Shown piece after piece: positions 1 to 12,100 of a DNA stretch of 64,000 nt. Position 1 is the stretch's first letter. Each line of letters starts with the position of its first letter. A model generated the notes under the pieces. The model had not been told where the DNA came from, did no database searches, and worked only from the letters and a program-made list of their open reading frames with translations. Made by a program: the position numbers and the translations under genes. The stretch is taken from the NCBI GenBank assembly GCA_034780895.1, contig JAUZTB010000087.1, positions 29,593,259 to 29,657,258 of the forward strand, read 5' to 3'. This stretch comes from Rhynchobatus australiae. Lineage: Eukaryota.

Positions 1-136
1 CTGTTAGTACTTGGTGTTGTTACTACATTAGCTCTCTTTTTCCCATAAGCACTAGTAAAGGTGGTTGAAGTTGCAGAAATACCAATGGTTGTAGTTGTGG
101 TTGCACTGGGAGGTTCTATAGGCACAACTTCTTCAT
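1..136 (-). CDS. ANKHD1: ANKHD1 exon 26 equivalent, 5' part: DEEVVPIEPPSATTTTTIGISATSTTFTSAYGKKRANVVTTPSTN
   Basis: ctgac branch point and acag|ATGAA acceptor; PIEPPSATTTTTIGISAT motif; truncated by the window edge. Confidence 0.93.
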
Positions 137-3100
137 CTGTGGAGAAACCAGGAGCAGGTCAGTTCAATCTTCAAAACAAAAAAGAAAAATATTTACTTTC
201 CACATAATATCAAAAAAGCTTGCCTTCAAATCTATCCTTTTCAGGAGTTTGCTGCTTTTCTGAACTCTCCTTAACCCTGGCCTCTTCCTCCTCCTGCTTC
301 CGCTTCTGTTCTTCTTTCTTCTTCTTCCTTTTTTCCTTTCTTTTCTCCCTTTTTGCTGCAAGAGCTAGTTTTCTGCTTTCTTCTCTCGACTATAAATGAT
401 ATAAAAGTTTGAATCAATAAAAACATGCAGGTTTCATCATTTTCAAAAATTGTGTGGCAAAAAGGGAATTATTTGAGGAAACCCATTTAAAGCAAATTTT
501 CAAGTCAATTTTAAACCCAGTTACCATGTATATTTATTATAACAAATGGAGGTAATTACAAGAGAAAACAATGGATTGAGTTTTCCAAGCTGCAGCGTGG
601 AGAATAACCTAATAACTTTAAATGCATTAAGCCAGGACAATGTTTGTCCATTAAAATATGCTGACAATTTTAGTACATCTGAAGATCATATAAATGCTTC
701 AAAACTTAAATCCAAAAGTTCAAAATGGGCACCAATGTAACATCTATCACAATTATTCAGAACGACCTCCTACCTTCTCCAGGTCTAGCTCCTTCAGCAG
801 AATGCTTGCATTCTTGTTCGCTTCAGCAGCTTGCTGGTCCTTTGCTTTAACTATTGTTTCCATGCATTGATGGCATTTCTTAAGCAGCTCCTAGAACAAT
901 TTATTATAATCAGTTTAAGAGCTTATGAAGTTTAAGATTAAAGTAGCAGAATGTGTAGATATATACAATAATTGGAAAATGAAGGAAGAGGAATAACTTG
1001 GGGTTTAAAATGGGCGGCATGGACTTGTTGAGCTGGAAGGGCTTCTTACCACACTGTAAATAAAATTNNNNNNNNNNNNNNNNNNNNNNNNNNNNNNNNN
1101 NNNNNNNNNNNNNNNNNNNNNNNNNNNNNNNNNNNNNNNNNNNNNNNNNNNNNNNNNNNNNNNNNNNAAATTTTTAAAAAAATTTTAATTTCTTATGTTC
1201 ATTTATCTACAAAGCACAAAAATCTTGCACTGGGAAAAGTGTTCAAATATAGATTCCATGCAGGAAAAGCACAATTGTTAACTAAGCTTCATTAAATCTT
1301 CATACAACACAAGTCTAGATCTGTTCCAATGTTATGTCATACATTACACACTAACATCTTACCTTAACTTGTATTTCTTAATAATCAACAACGGAAGGGT
1401 GATGAAAAGCTTTTCAAATCAATTCTTAAAAGGGCAAAGTCAAAAGCCATCAGGATATTTAAGAGAATAATTTCGGCACAAAGCAAATGTAGGTCAGCAG
1501 GTTTACGAAATTAGGCAAGCAGGTCTTGGATACATTCATGGGTACATAAAATTCTGACTCGAGCATATCATCTCTGCAGTCTTTAGCAAGGATAATCATA
1601 ACACTGTAAATAAAATTTAAGAAAACGTTCTCCAATGCATTTCCATTGCCAAGCTCAATAGGACTGTTTGTGTTTGGTTCCATTTTTGTTATGATGACAT
1701 CAACGATCTCTATGATTTGCAACATCTTTCAAGATACCCAAAAATCTATCCACTGCTCTTACTCAGACATGCATTCTATTTTCCCGAGATATTATCTACT
1801 ATCCTGGGTTCAGATATTGCATATACTATCTACTGACGTCTGCACACACCTCAGACTTGTCCGGTTTTTGTTTTTTTTATTTGTATGTTGTGATGAAGAG
1901 CCTCTAGCCAACAATTTTGAAGATGGGAGATATCAGCATTTTCCTATCCTCTTTGCAGAGACACCACATGAACCAAAGTCAAGTCCACATGAACCAAAAA
2001 GTCCACAGCATACTCGCCTGCTCTGACAGTTTCAGTTCCAGATAACCCAGGTGGGGAATGAAAGAACCAACAGTTTTTCTGATGGAGAGCACGAGTCTAA
2101 GAGCTCAGTTTAGGGTCAAATTGCACAGCGGTTGCAAAACAGTACACCGAGGTGAAAGTATTGGATTTTGCAATAGATCACATGGTGATAGCTTCTGCGT
2201 TCCCAACTCTTGGATGGAAGCTCTCTATCATAAGATGAAAACTAAAAACAAAGCACTGTGTGGTCCAGAGAAATTGTGCACATATCAGCATACATGATAT
2301 TTGGGCATCTTGAGAGATTACGCAAATGCTATAAATTATTGTTGATACTAGAACAAAAATGAAACCAAACAAAGACAATACCATCCAGCTTGGGTATAAA
2401 GTATTGGAGAATGGTGTCATTGTCCATGNNNNNNNNNNNNNNNNNNNNNNNNNNNNNNNNNNNNNNNNNNNNNNNNNNNNNNNNNNNNNNNNNNNNNNNN
2501 NNNNNNNNNNNNNNNNNNNNNNNNNNNNNNNNNNNNNNNNNNNNNNNNNNNNNNNNNNNNNNNNNNNNNNNNNNNNNNNNNNNNNNNNNNNNNNNNNNNN
2601 NNNNNNNNNNNNNNNNNNNNNNNNNNNNNNNNNNNNNNNNNNNNNNNNNNNNNNNNNNNNNNNNNNNNNNNNNNNNNNNNNNNNNNNNNNNNNNNNNNNN
2701 NNNNNNNNNNNNNNNNNNNNNNNNNNNNNNNNNNNNNNNNNNNNNNNNNNNNNNNNNNNNNNNNNNNNNNNNNNNNNNNNNNNNNNNNNNNNNNNNNNNN
2801 NNNNNNNNNNNNNNNNNNNNNNNNNNNNNNNNNNNNNNNNNNNNNNNNNNNNNNNNNNNNNNNNNNNNNNNNNNNNNNNNNNNNNNNNNNNNNNNNNNNN
2901 NNNNNNNNNNNNNNNNNNNNNNNNNNNNNNNNNNNNNNNNNNNNNNNNNNNNNNNNNNNNNNNNNNNNNNNNNNNNNNNNNNNNNNNNNNNNNNNNNNNN
3001 NNNNNNNNNNNNNNNNNNNNNNNNNNNNNNNNNNNNNNNNNNNNNNNNACAGCCAACTTGCTCTACAAATATCGCCACACAGGAAGAAACACTATCATGG

Positions 3101-6100
3101 CAACTCTCATTCTTAAGATAGAATTTGATCCTAGTAGAAAACATGCTAGTATCCTATCCCTCCAAAAGCAATTCAGGCAAATTCAATGCCTGCACACTGT
3201 TCCTTCCCTAGTACTATTTACTAGGCAACTATCAGCTGAAACACCTTAAGCCATTCATACTAAAACTGAGTTGCTAATGGTGCAACCCAAGAGCACATCC
3301 AAAAATATTTCCAGGGCACCAATTCAGAATAAGCTACTATGCAGATCATATGAAAATAAAATGAAAAACTAGTCAGATAATTTAAAAAGGTAGCTCACAC
3401 ACCACTGAATCAGGCCAAGGAAATGTAAAAAGTATTAAAATTCACAGGTCAGTAAATTCTCCTATATTCAGACACTGTATGCAAAATAGCCTCAGAAATT
3501 TAATCCCTTGATTATTTCTAATATTCATGGTGGTGAGAAACCTTTACTGCATCTATGAAACTTTTGTTACAGTAGCTAGAAAGATCCAGATATACAATTT
3601 TTAAGTCTTGCCTTTTGGCAAGAGAAAGTAGTTTATACATTAATGAAGTGAAGGAAAAAAGCTGTACATGCAAAAGGCAATGAATAGGAATTAAAAACAC
3701 ATCAAAAATATAACTTCTCCATTTTCTATAAACCATACAAAACATTTACATACTTCCGGTGCACCTCAACACTTAGAGGCAGTCAAAGTAAATAGTCAAA
3801 TCTTTTTCTAGAGTTAAGATCAGTTTCTAAGTGAGAATGAAGTCCTGGCTTGACCACAATGATGTAATAGGAGTGATGACATCCTCCATATCAATGGCAT
3901 CAGAACTTAGATCCCTCCTTTTTGTTGAAAGAACCAATCCTGTTATTCATTGAAATCAAATTTAAACTTTTAAAAAAATAATGCCAACTAGTTATTCTGA
4001 ACAAGGGCTTAATCCTACCTAAATCCATGCATTTCCCAATTATACAAAATACTGGAGAATAGTTGAGAAGAAGTCAAGAGTTACCTTGCGGAAAGCTGCC
4101 ATAAGAGGTGTGATTTTCCGGTTGTCTGCTGCATCCACATCAGCACCAGCCTGGACCAGTAACTGGACCACATCAAAATGCCCACCATTTGCTGCCAGCC
4201 ATAACGGTGTGTTACCTTTCTTGTTGCGAACATCAATGTGAGCCCCTCTGTTGTGTTCAAACAAAGATGGACAAAATNNNNNNNNNNNNNNNNNNNNNNN
4301 NNNNNNNNNNNNNNNNNNNNNNNNNNNNNNNNNNNNNNNNNNNNNNNNNNNNNNNNNNNNNNNNNNNNNNNNNNNNNGTTGTGTTCAAACAAAGATGGAC
4401 AAAATTGTTTGGCAAAACTTTTATAGGGTCTTAACAAAATTATGCAAAAAGTTCCTTTATGTTAAAATTAGTGAATACCTGTTTATTAGCAGTTCACAAA
4501 ATTTGTAGTGACCCTTATCTGCGGCAATGGTTAAAGCTGTATCACGTGATGAAGGCACAGGTGGCGCATTAACATCAGCACCTTTATCAAGGAGAACCCT
4601 CCCCACTTCTGCATATCCGCCGGAGGCAGCTTCCATTAAGGGTGTAAGGCCAGTCTAAATAGAAATGGTTCCAGTTATTTTAAACTGCAGTCATGCTTTT
4701 CAATTTTATCTGCTATGCATTATTCTAGAAATGTAACACAATTACATTCATAGAATGTAACAATGTAGAAATACCAAAGTAATTTACACGTTACATATTT
4801 CACGTTTTGTGACCTTGCAGCAGACAAGAGCATCTTACCAAAACTCAGCAGACACCTTTCAAAACGCATCAATTTATTTTAGGGTGGTATTGAGGGGAGA
4901 ATTTCACCAAATGATCAGAATTTCTTGATCATTTTGTGGTATGCTTCAGTATTGCCTGAAGGAACTTATTGTTACAACAGTATGGTAAATGTTCCCAATG
5001 TAACATTTGCCGAAGTATTTTACTTCTCACATTTAAGTCACTTAATGAAAACAGCCGAAGCCCAAGCTACGATCCTCTCAGTAACTCACTGACTACTGTC
5101 AAACTGAAAAATGACACATTTACTGTTTTGTGTAACTGACCACTCCGATCAACACTCAATTTATTTTACTCCAAAAACCATGCACCCTAATTGTTGTCAG
5201 AACCTCTTGCATGTTACTCTCCAGTAGCTTTTAAATTCCAAATACACTACGTCCATTGTTTCCCCTCACCATTCCTGCTAGTTATGCAAGACTCTTAAAT
5301 TTGTCAAACAATTTTCTTTTCATCAATTTAACAATGTAATAAAATACAAAATACTATGAACATGTTAATTTTAAAATGGTACCTACCTATTCCTGTCATA
5401 CCAACTGATGTACAGTTCCCTGTATTTTTCCATCCAGCCTCTCTGTACAAGAGGGATACATTTTCAACTGTGGGGACTATTCTAGTATCTATGGAATCTT
5501 GGAAGACTAAAACTAACACTTCCACAAACTCTGTAGACACTTTCCAAAACCCATCACGTCCAAGGAAGTTGTCAGCTTGAAATTTCTTCAGTATAATTTT
5601 TAAGAAAATACTCGTTTCTTATGACAAAGATCAAATCCATGTCCCCTCCCAGCCAAGCAATGCTATTAGTTCCATTCCTACTTGTTTTCCTGTAGCCCTG
5701 CAACCATTTACCTACAGTGAGTGGTTTACAGTAGCCGATTAACCCAAGAGCACACCTTTGGGACACAAGAGGAAACAGGAGCACCTGGCAGTAACCCAAG
5801 GAGAACATGCAGACTCCACACAGGATCAAAGCTAGATTTCTTAAGCTGTGAAGTAACATTGCTAATCGCTACCCACCATGCCATCCTATTAGACTTCTCA
5901 TTCTTACTAGACCATTGTTCTAGATAGACCAATATGCTTTTGATTTTTCATGAGAGGTGGAGTTAAAAATAATTCCACCTGAACAGAAATGAGAACAAAT
6001 GCAAACGCTTCTTGGGGGATCCTTTGGAGACTGACCACTGGCCTTGTCTCCTAATCCTTCAATGAATCTCTCATTATTGATACAATAATTCTGGCAATCC

Positions 6101-9100
6101 ATTCCCAACTCCTGTTTATTATGGTGATTACTGTCTGCTCTCATTCTATATTTTAAAGCTTTATTTCTGGCTTTCATTAAGTACAATATAAGCAACATTT
6201 CTCTCCTTTTGCAATATTTCTGCTTGCTTAATTTTAGTTTTCTTGCTCGAGTTTAATTTAGTCTTGCTGTCTCTTGATTGCTTTCCTAAATTTATATTTA
6301 GGATTAAATTCACATAGTTCCTAAATTTAATGCCCATTTCCAAGCACAGAGTTGGAAAACAGGATTTAAATTGCTCTCGCTGCCACTCTAGTTGACAAAC
6401 CCACATACAGCTGAGAAACAGCAGCAGTAATGGGGAGAGAGCACCAATTAAATGGCAGGAAAACATAGGAATTAGAACTTGATGATCAGGCAAAATGATC
6501 TGCTCTAGCCAGAGGCAAGAAAATGCATTGTTCGAACATAGTTTGGAGAATAAGGACACTTTAATCATTGCTGCAGTAAAAATTCAACAGGATATAGGAA
6601 ACAAATCCAATGTTGTGACAATAGTTACAAAAAAAAAAGTGTCATTAGCAGAATCACATTGACAAGAAAATACACGTATTCTTTTGAAATAAGGCACTCA
6701 AACAACTGAATACATTCAAACTGTTCACAGGTAGTTCAAATAAAGCGAGAGCACCAAAAACAAACACACTTGCTAAAAGATTGATCATTAGAATACATTT
6801 TTAACTCAAGGGGGATTGCTTGTAATGCATTTATATATTTTTAAATAATAAAGTAGGATCACCTTTGCTCTGTGTTCAACATTTGCCTTCCTATCCAGCA
6901 ATAGGCTGACAACTTCCGCTCGACCTTGGAAGCAGGCCAGAGTGAGGGCAGTGTTTCTATTAGTCTCTATCTGGGCATTGATGTCAGAGCCCATATCAAG
7001 CAACAGCTTTACTGATGCCACATGGCCATTCATTGCANNNNNNNNNNNNNNNNNNNNNNNNNNNNNNNNNNNNNNNNNNNNNNNNNNNNNNNNNNNNNNN
7101 NNNNNNNNNNNNNNNNNNNNNNNNNNNNNNNNNNNNNCTAACATCAGAGGAGAAATCCCCAATTTGCTGCCAGTCCTGCAACAGAATAAACAGCTTAAAT
7201 CATCATCTTTGCAAATCTCTACACACTGTTTAATTTTCATTTGGTATATTAAATTGTTACATGCAAAATTGATGCATCTAATCCACAAAAATCAAGTCTT
7301 TAAGTGATTTCTAACTGATGAGAAAACCCTCAACTGTTGAATGATAGGAAAGGGGGAAAGCAGCAGCCAGTGAAAAGAAACTGAAGACTTCTCAAAATTC
7401 TTTTTCTCTTAACCATTTGACAGCTCCTTTCAAATTGGACAAGACCTTTCACACTTAAAATTGTTCAAAGCATGCAAAGTAGCCAGACACATTTGAGACT
7501 GCGTTTTTAAACATTTAACTTCAAATACATGCCAATGACTCGATGTCACATTAGCAGCATATCATAAACCACATAACAAAGCATCAATTTCACTGTTTTC
7601 ATAACTCTGAACAATCTTAATTACTTATTTTCCCTTTAAATCAGAGGGAAGGCGTAAAGTAATCTCCGATCTGCAGAGCAAGTAATTTCTTCTTCAAGTA
7701 TTTAGTATGACTTTGAATTCACTGATTATAATTCACCTGGCTTTTCACTTCTATCTTTATTTCTCAATCTATGAATCACATTGTGAAAGAGATAATACTG
7801 CTAGTCCTGAGTTCATCAGGTTCCCAGATACACTTGTCAATTTATGATTCCTATGTTGGAATCAACTCATCTCTAGTACCTGGAATTAATTTCTGCTCCA
7901 GCATTCAGAAGGATCTTAATTATGTTAACATAGCCACCAGAGGCAGCAAGACTTAGAGGTGTGTAGTCTGAAACATTCCGATGTTCTTTGTTTGCTCCAC
8001 GGGCCAACAGCAGCTCTACTACCTTAAGACATTCAAGAAAAAGGTTTAGAAATGAATTTAAGATCAACAAAATTTGATTCACTTTATCAAACATTACGTG
8101 GCATGACATAATTATGATATTAAATGGGATACCATACAGACAGAATGTATACGAGATGCTGGTTTTGAATCATTTTCTTTCATCTCCTTGGAATTTAGTA
8201 ACCACATTTGTGACCAATGCTATGACAAAAAGATGACCATCAACTATTATTACTGCTATTGACCATTGCTACTAATTATAATCAATAGAACCATCTTGGC
8301 TTTATGAATTTACCAACTGTTTACCATCCAAGTTGTTATTTCATTAAATTGAGATTATACTTTGATATAATGCACAAGCTATTTCCAATATACTCTTAAG
8401 TTACACTTATTGCATTTAACTTCTATTATGGATGTAGAGACGTCTTACCTCTTGCCTTCCTCCAGAACAAGCCAATGACAATGGTGTATCCTTGGTGCGT
8501 TCAGATTGTGCTTCAATATCTGCACCTTTGTCCAGCAGAATTTCTACAACACCAACATGACCAGCCGTAGCAGCCAAAATTAGTGGTGTAAAACCTAATC
8601 AGAGTAAAAATGTAATAGATTTCAGATTAGATGTGCTGAAGATCTATGAGTATAAACATCAGTATGTGTCATCATAAAATTGGAGCCCCATCCTGATCTG
8701 ATTTTGTTATGCTTAAATGAGATATATCCAAATAAATATGAAATCATTCCAAAAGTCACAAATGAGAGGGAAAATTTAAAAGGAGATTTATGAGGCAAAG
8801 GTTTTTTTTTTGTTTGTTTTTAAAAAAAGATTGGTAGGTGCCTGGAATGTTCTGCCAGGGGAAGTGGTGAAAGCAGATACAATAGCAAAGTTTGAGAGGC
8901 ATTTAGACAGACATGAACAGGCAGGGAATAGAAGGATATAGACCTCATGTGCAGGCAGATGGGATTAATTTGGATTGGCATAATGGATGGCACAGACATC
9001 ATGGGCTGACAGCCTTGTTTCTGAGCTTTACTGCTCAATGTTCCAGAGATAAAAAATGCATAATGCTTGAAATTGTCAAGTCTGTTGCTCATTGGTCAGT

Positions 9101-12100
9101 GAATTGTTTACCCATTGCAGGCCAATCAAGCAGCTATTTTCATTTGGATATTGGAAAAGAATAAAATGAGATGTTGTAAGGTTAAAGGAATCCAGTATGG
9201 AGCATAAACATTGTTTATACTTGTTGGGCCAAATGGTTTGATCCTTTGCTACATATTAGGCCAACATACTCTCTACCTGCCTACAAAGAGCAGTTTGTAG
9301 CTTCAAATTACAATTCAAACTCCAATAAAAACTCTACACAATAACTAGGAAGCCTCACAAGGAAAGATTTTTCAGAAAAATCTTCTTGATAAATAGACTC
9401 AAATTCACTAATCCTTTGACAGCTGCCCCAGCATGCTTTGAATGCTGACAAAAGCCACTAGGCTTATCCTGGTGTAGCCTACAATCAAGCAATTGAAGTA
9501 TCCTTTGCTCACAAATAAGAATACCAATTAAGCGGGATTGCATCCTTCATACTAATAAAAGGATAGCCACCACTGAACTTGACTGCTTCACAAATGTTTT
9601 TTGTTTCAATTAAATGAAACCATATCCAATTACAAATTAATGTGTACCTTTTTTATCCCGGTGTTCAATGTTAGCACCACGAGCTATTAATACTGATACA
9701 AGTTCTTCATGTCCCCCAGCACATGCCAACGTTAATGCTGTATCATGATTACTCTCCGTCTAAGTGAAAAGACAGTACATTGTTAAGTGAAGTTCCAAGC
9801 AACTTTACAACACAGATGCAACAAACTCATATTCAAGAGCATAGCACTGTCGATGGAAATCACTAGCCCATAATAATGGAACAAGCATTTTGTAGATCAG
9901 CCAAATCTTAGTATCATAACCACCACCTAGAAGAGCACTACATAATTCAAAATATGTTCATTTCCTATTTTAAGGACTTCCCAACGTTTATGATCTTATA
10001 GAAAACTTACTTGGGCGTCAATTTCAACTGAAGGATAAAGGGGCAACATTGAAGAAGGAGAAACAACTGGACTTGGAGTTTGAGTACGAGGCTGAGGAGT
10101 AGGGGGTGTTGTAGTGTGGGAAGAAGCATTCGGTCCAGAAGGCATTCTATTACTCACTGCTGCAAGACAAAATCAATTGTCATTTCTTCAACATTAAAGT
10201 ACAAACTGAGAAAGAACTGTAGGATTTTGGTAGCAGACAAATTTCTATACAAAACAAGCACTTCTTGGAAATGGAGAGCTTGTGTTCAATTTCTGTTATT
10301 TTAAAATATTGTACAGATATTAACTTGCATTTAACTAACAAAAACTAAATAGTTTACTTTGCAATACTGAAAGCTACTTGAAATAATTTTAAACTTTGCA
10401 TCAAAAAGCTGTTCAATTATTATGGCAATAATAAGTCAGTGTTACATACTTAAATAAGTAGCAACATAGTGCTATATAAAACTGAGGGTGGTCAATTTAA
10501 TACTGAACAACAAGCCAACAAGTCCACAAGAATTTTAATCTTACCCAAAGGCCCACCAATTCCTAAAATGAAAATCTCTGGAGACTTGTAAACCAAATAT
10601 ATAAATCTACATCAACCAATACTTTCTCTAGCAATAGTTTTTGAAAACCTTGTAAAAAAAAAATTACATTAATAAACTGCTTGTTTTCCATCTGGAGATC
10701 AATTGCAGCCTCTCCCCTTAATGTTGGCCTCATTTGTTGATTATTAGGCAAAAGCTGGACTCCAACTGTGAATAGCATCCATCAATGGAGTAATAGATAG
10801 TAATTTTAGGCAGATATCATCTCCACAGAAACAGAGATAGGGACTATTTTTTTTTAAATGACCAACGTGGCACAATGGGGATGCCATACTTCCCCCACCA
10901 AGTGCCAGTATCTGATGCTTCGAACTTGGAGATAAAAATTACATGAATGGCCGCTTCCACTTCATATCAATATGCTTTACGATGCAACATGGTTTTAGCA
11001 TGCAGGAACCACAAGGGAGTTCTTGTTCTCAGCTTTCACCTCAGCAACTGCCACATTCATACTTCCAAAACTTCCAGAGTGAGACTACTAAATACGTTCC
11101 CCTCCCCCTTAGCAAAGTCATTCTCCAATCTACACATCACTCCAACACCATTTCTTCTTCCCACAGAATTATCCCAAATGCAGGGATTACAACACCAGAC
11201 CTTTTAATTACACCAATACCACCAACCATTGTCCCACAAGTTCCTCCAGAATTCAATGTACTAGACTTGCAATGAAGTTTCCTCCACGCTGCATAGAGGA
11301 AACAATTTGGTGATCACTTGCAGACACTTTCAGTCCACAAGCACCATATTTATCTTCTGGTCACCTGTCACCAATTCACCACTCATTCTAATTCCCTGCT
11401 CACTCCTCCTGCTTTGATGAAACTGACCGCAAAGCTTGTGGAAAAGTAGCTCATCTTTCATCCAGATGCTTGAGCCTTCTAGACTTAATGACTTCAATAA
11501 TTTCTGATCACTACTGTGCCCATTTTCCCTCCCTGATCACAGTTTTCAGTAACAATGTTGTTTGTTTCCACCTCCTCCAAACCCATTTTATTCTCTATTT
11601 AGCTTATTAACATCCTTTTACACTTGTATTGTCATCCATTTTATCATTTAATCTGTCTTCTACTATATCAGAGCCTTTCTCCATCTTTCCTTTCATGTCA
11701 TGTTGCTCCTCTTCCTTAAAATTGTCTTTTCTCAGTTCTGAGAAATCACTGATCTATTTCCAGCATTGTTATATTTCAGATTTCTACCGTCCATTTTGCG
11801 CTTAGAGGATTACTATTTGTTTTCACACTGCAGTAGCTGACTGAGCCTCACATTAATATTCTCCAATTCCTTGCATATTTCAATAAATTAATTTTATTTG
11901 CTTGAATAATTTGATGAAATGTGTTACAACTATTGTCTTTTTTGACTTTCATTTTCAAAAGTGGTTAGCGTGACACTATTACAGCACCAGCGATCGGTGT
12001 TCAATTCCTGCTGTCTGTAAGGAGTTTGTACATTCTCCCATGTCTGCGTGGATTTCCTCTGGGTGCTCTGGTTTCCTCCCACATTCCAAAGACGTACGGG

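Noticed and set aside
1051-1617. Identical 17-mer acactgtaaataaaatt at 1051 and 1601
   Set aside because: AT-rich SINE-tail-like sequence beside a gap; no evidence that it is a target-site duplication or functional.
1423-3120. Possible extension of the fold-back element across the 620-N gap
   Set aside because: The similarity of 1423-1530 to the reverse complement of 3049-3120 needs several gaps and is too weak to accept by eye.
2178-3249. Long 243-296 aa ORFs in the track
   Set aside because: Almost entirely N-gap translated as X.
4250-4405. Perfect 28-nt direct repeat flanking the gap at 4278-4377 (similar near-duplicates flank the gaps at 26679-26778, 46697-46796 and 58121-58220)
   Set aside because: These are contig-end overlaps across placeholder 100-N gaps, some with one mismatch consistent with heterozygosity. 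They are assembly artefacts, not CRISPR-like or biological repeats.
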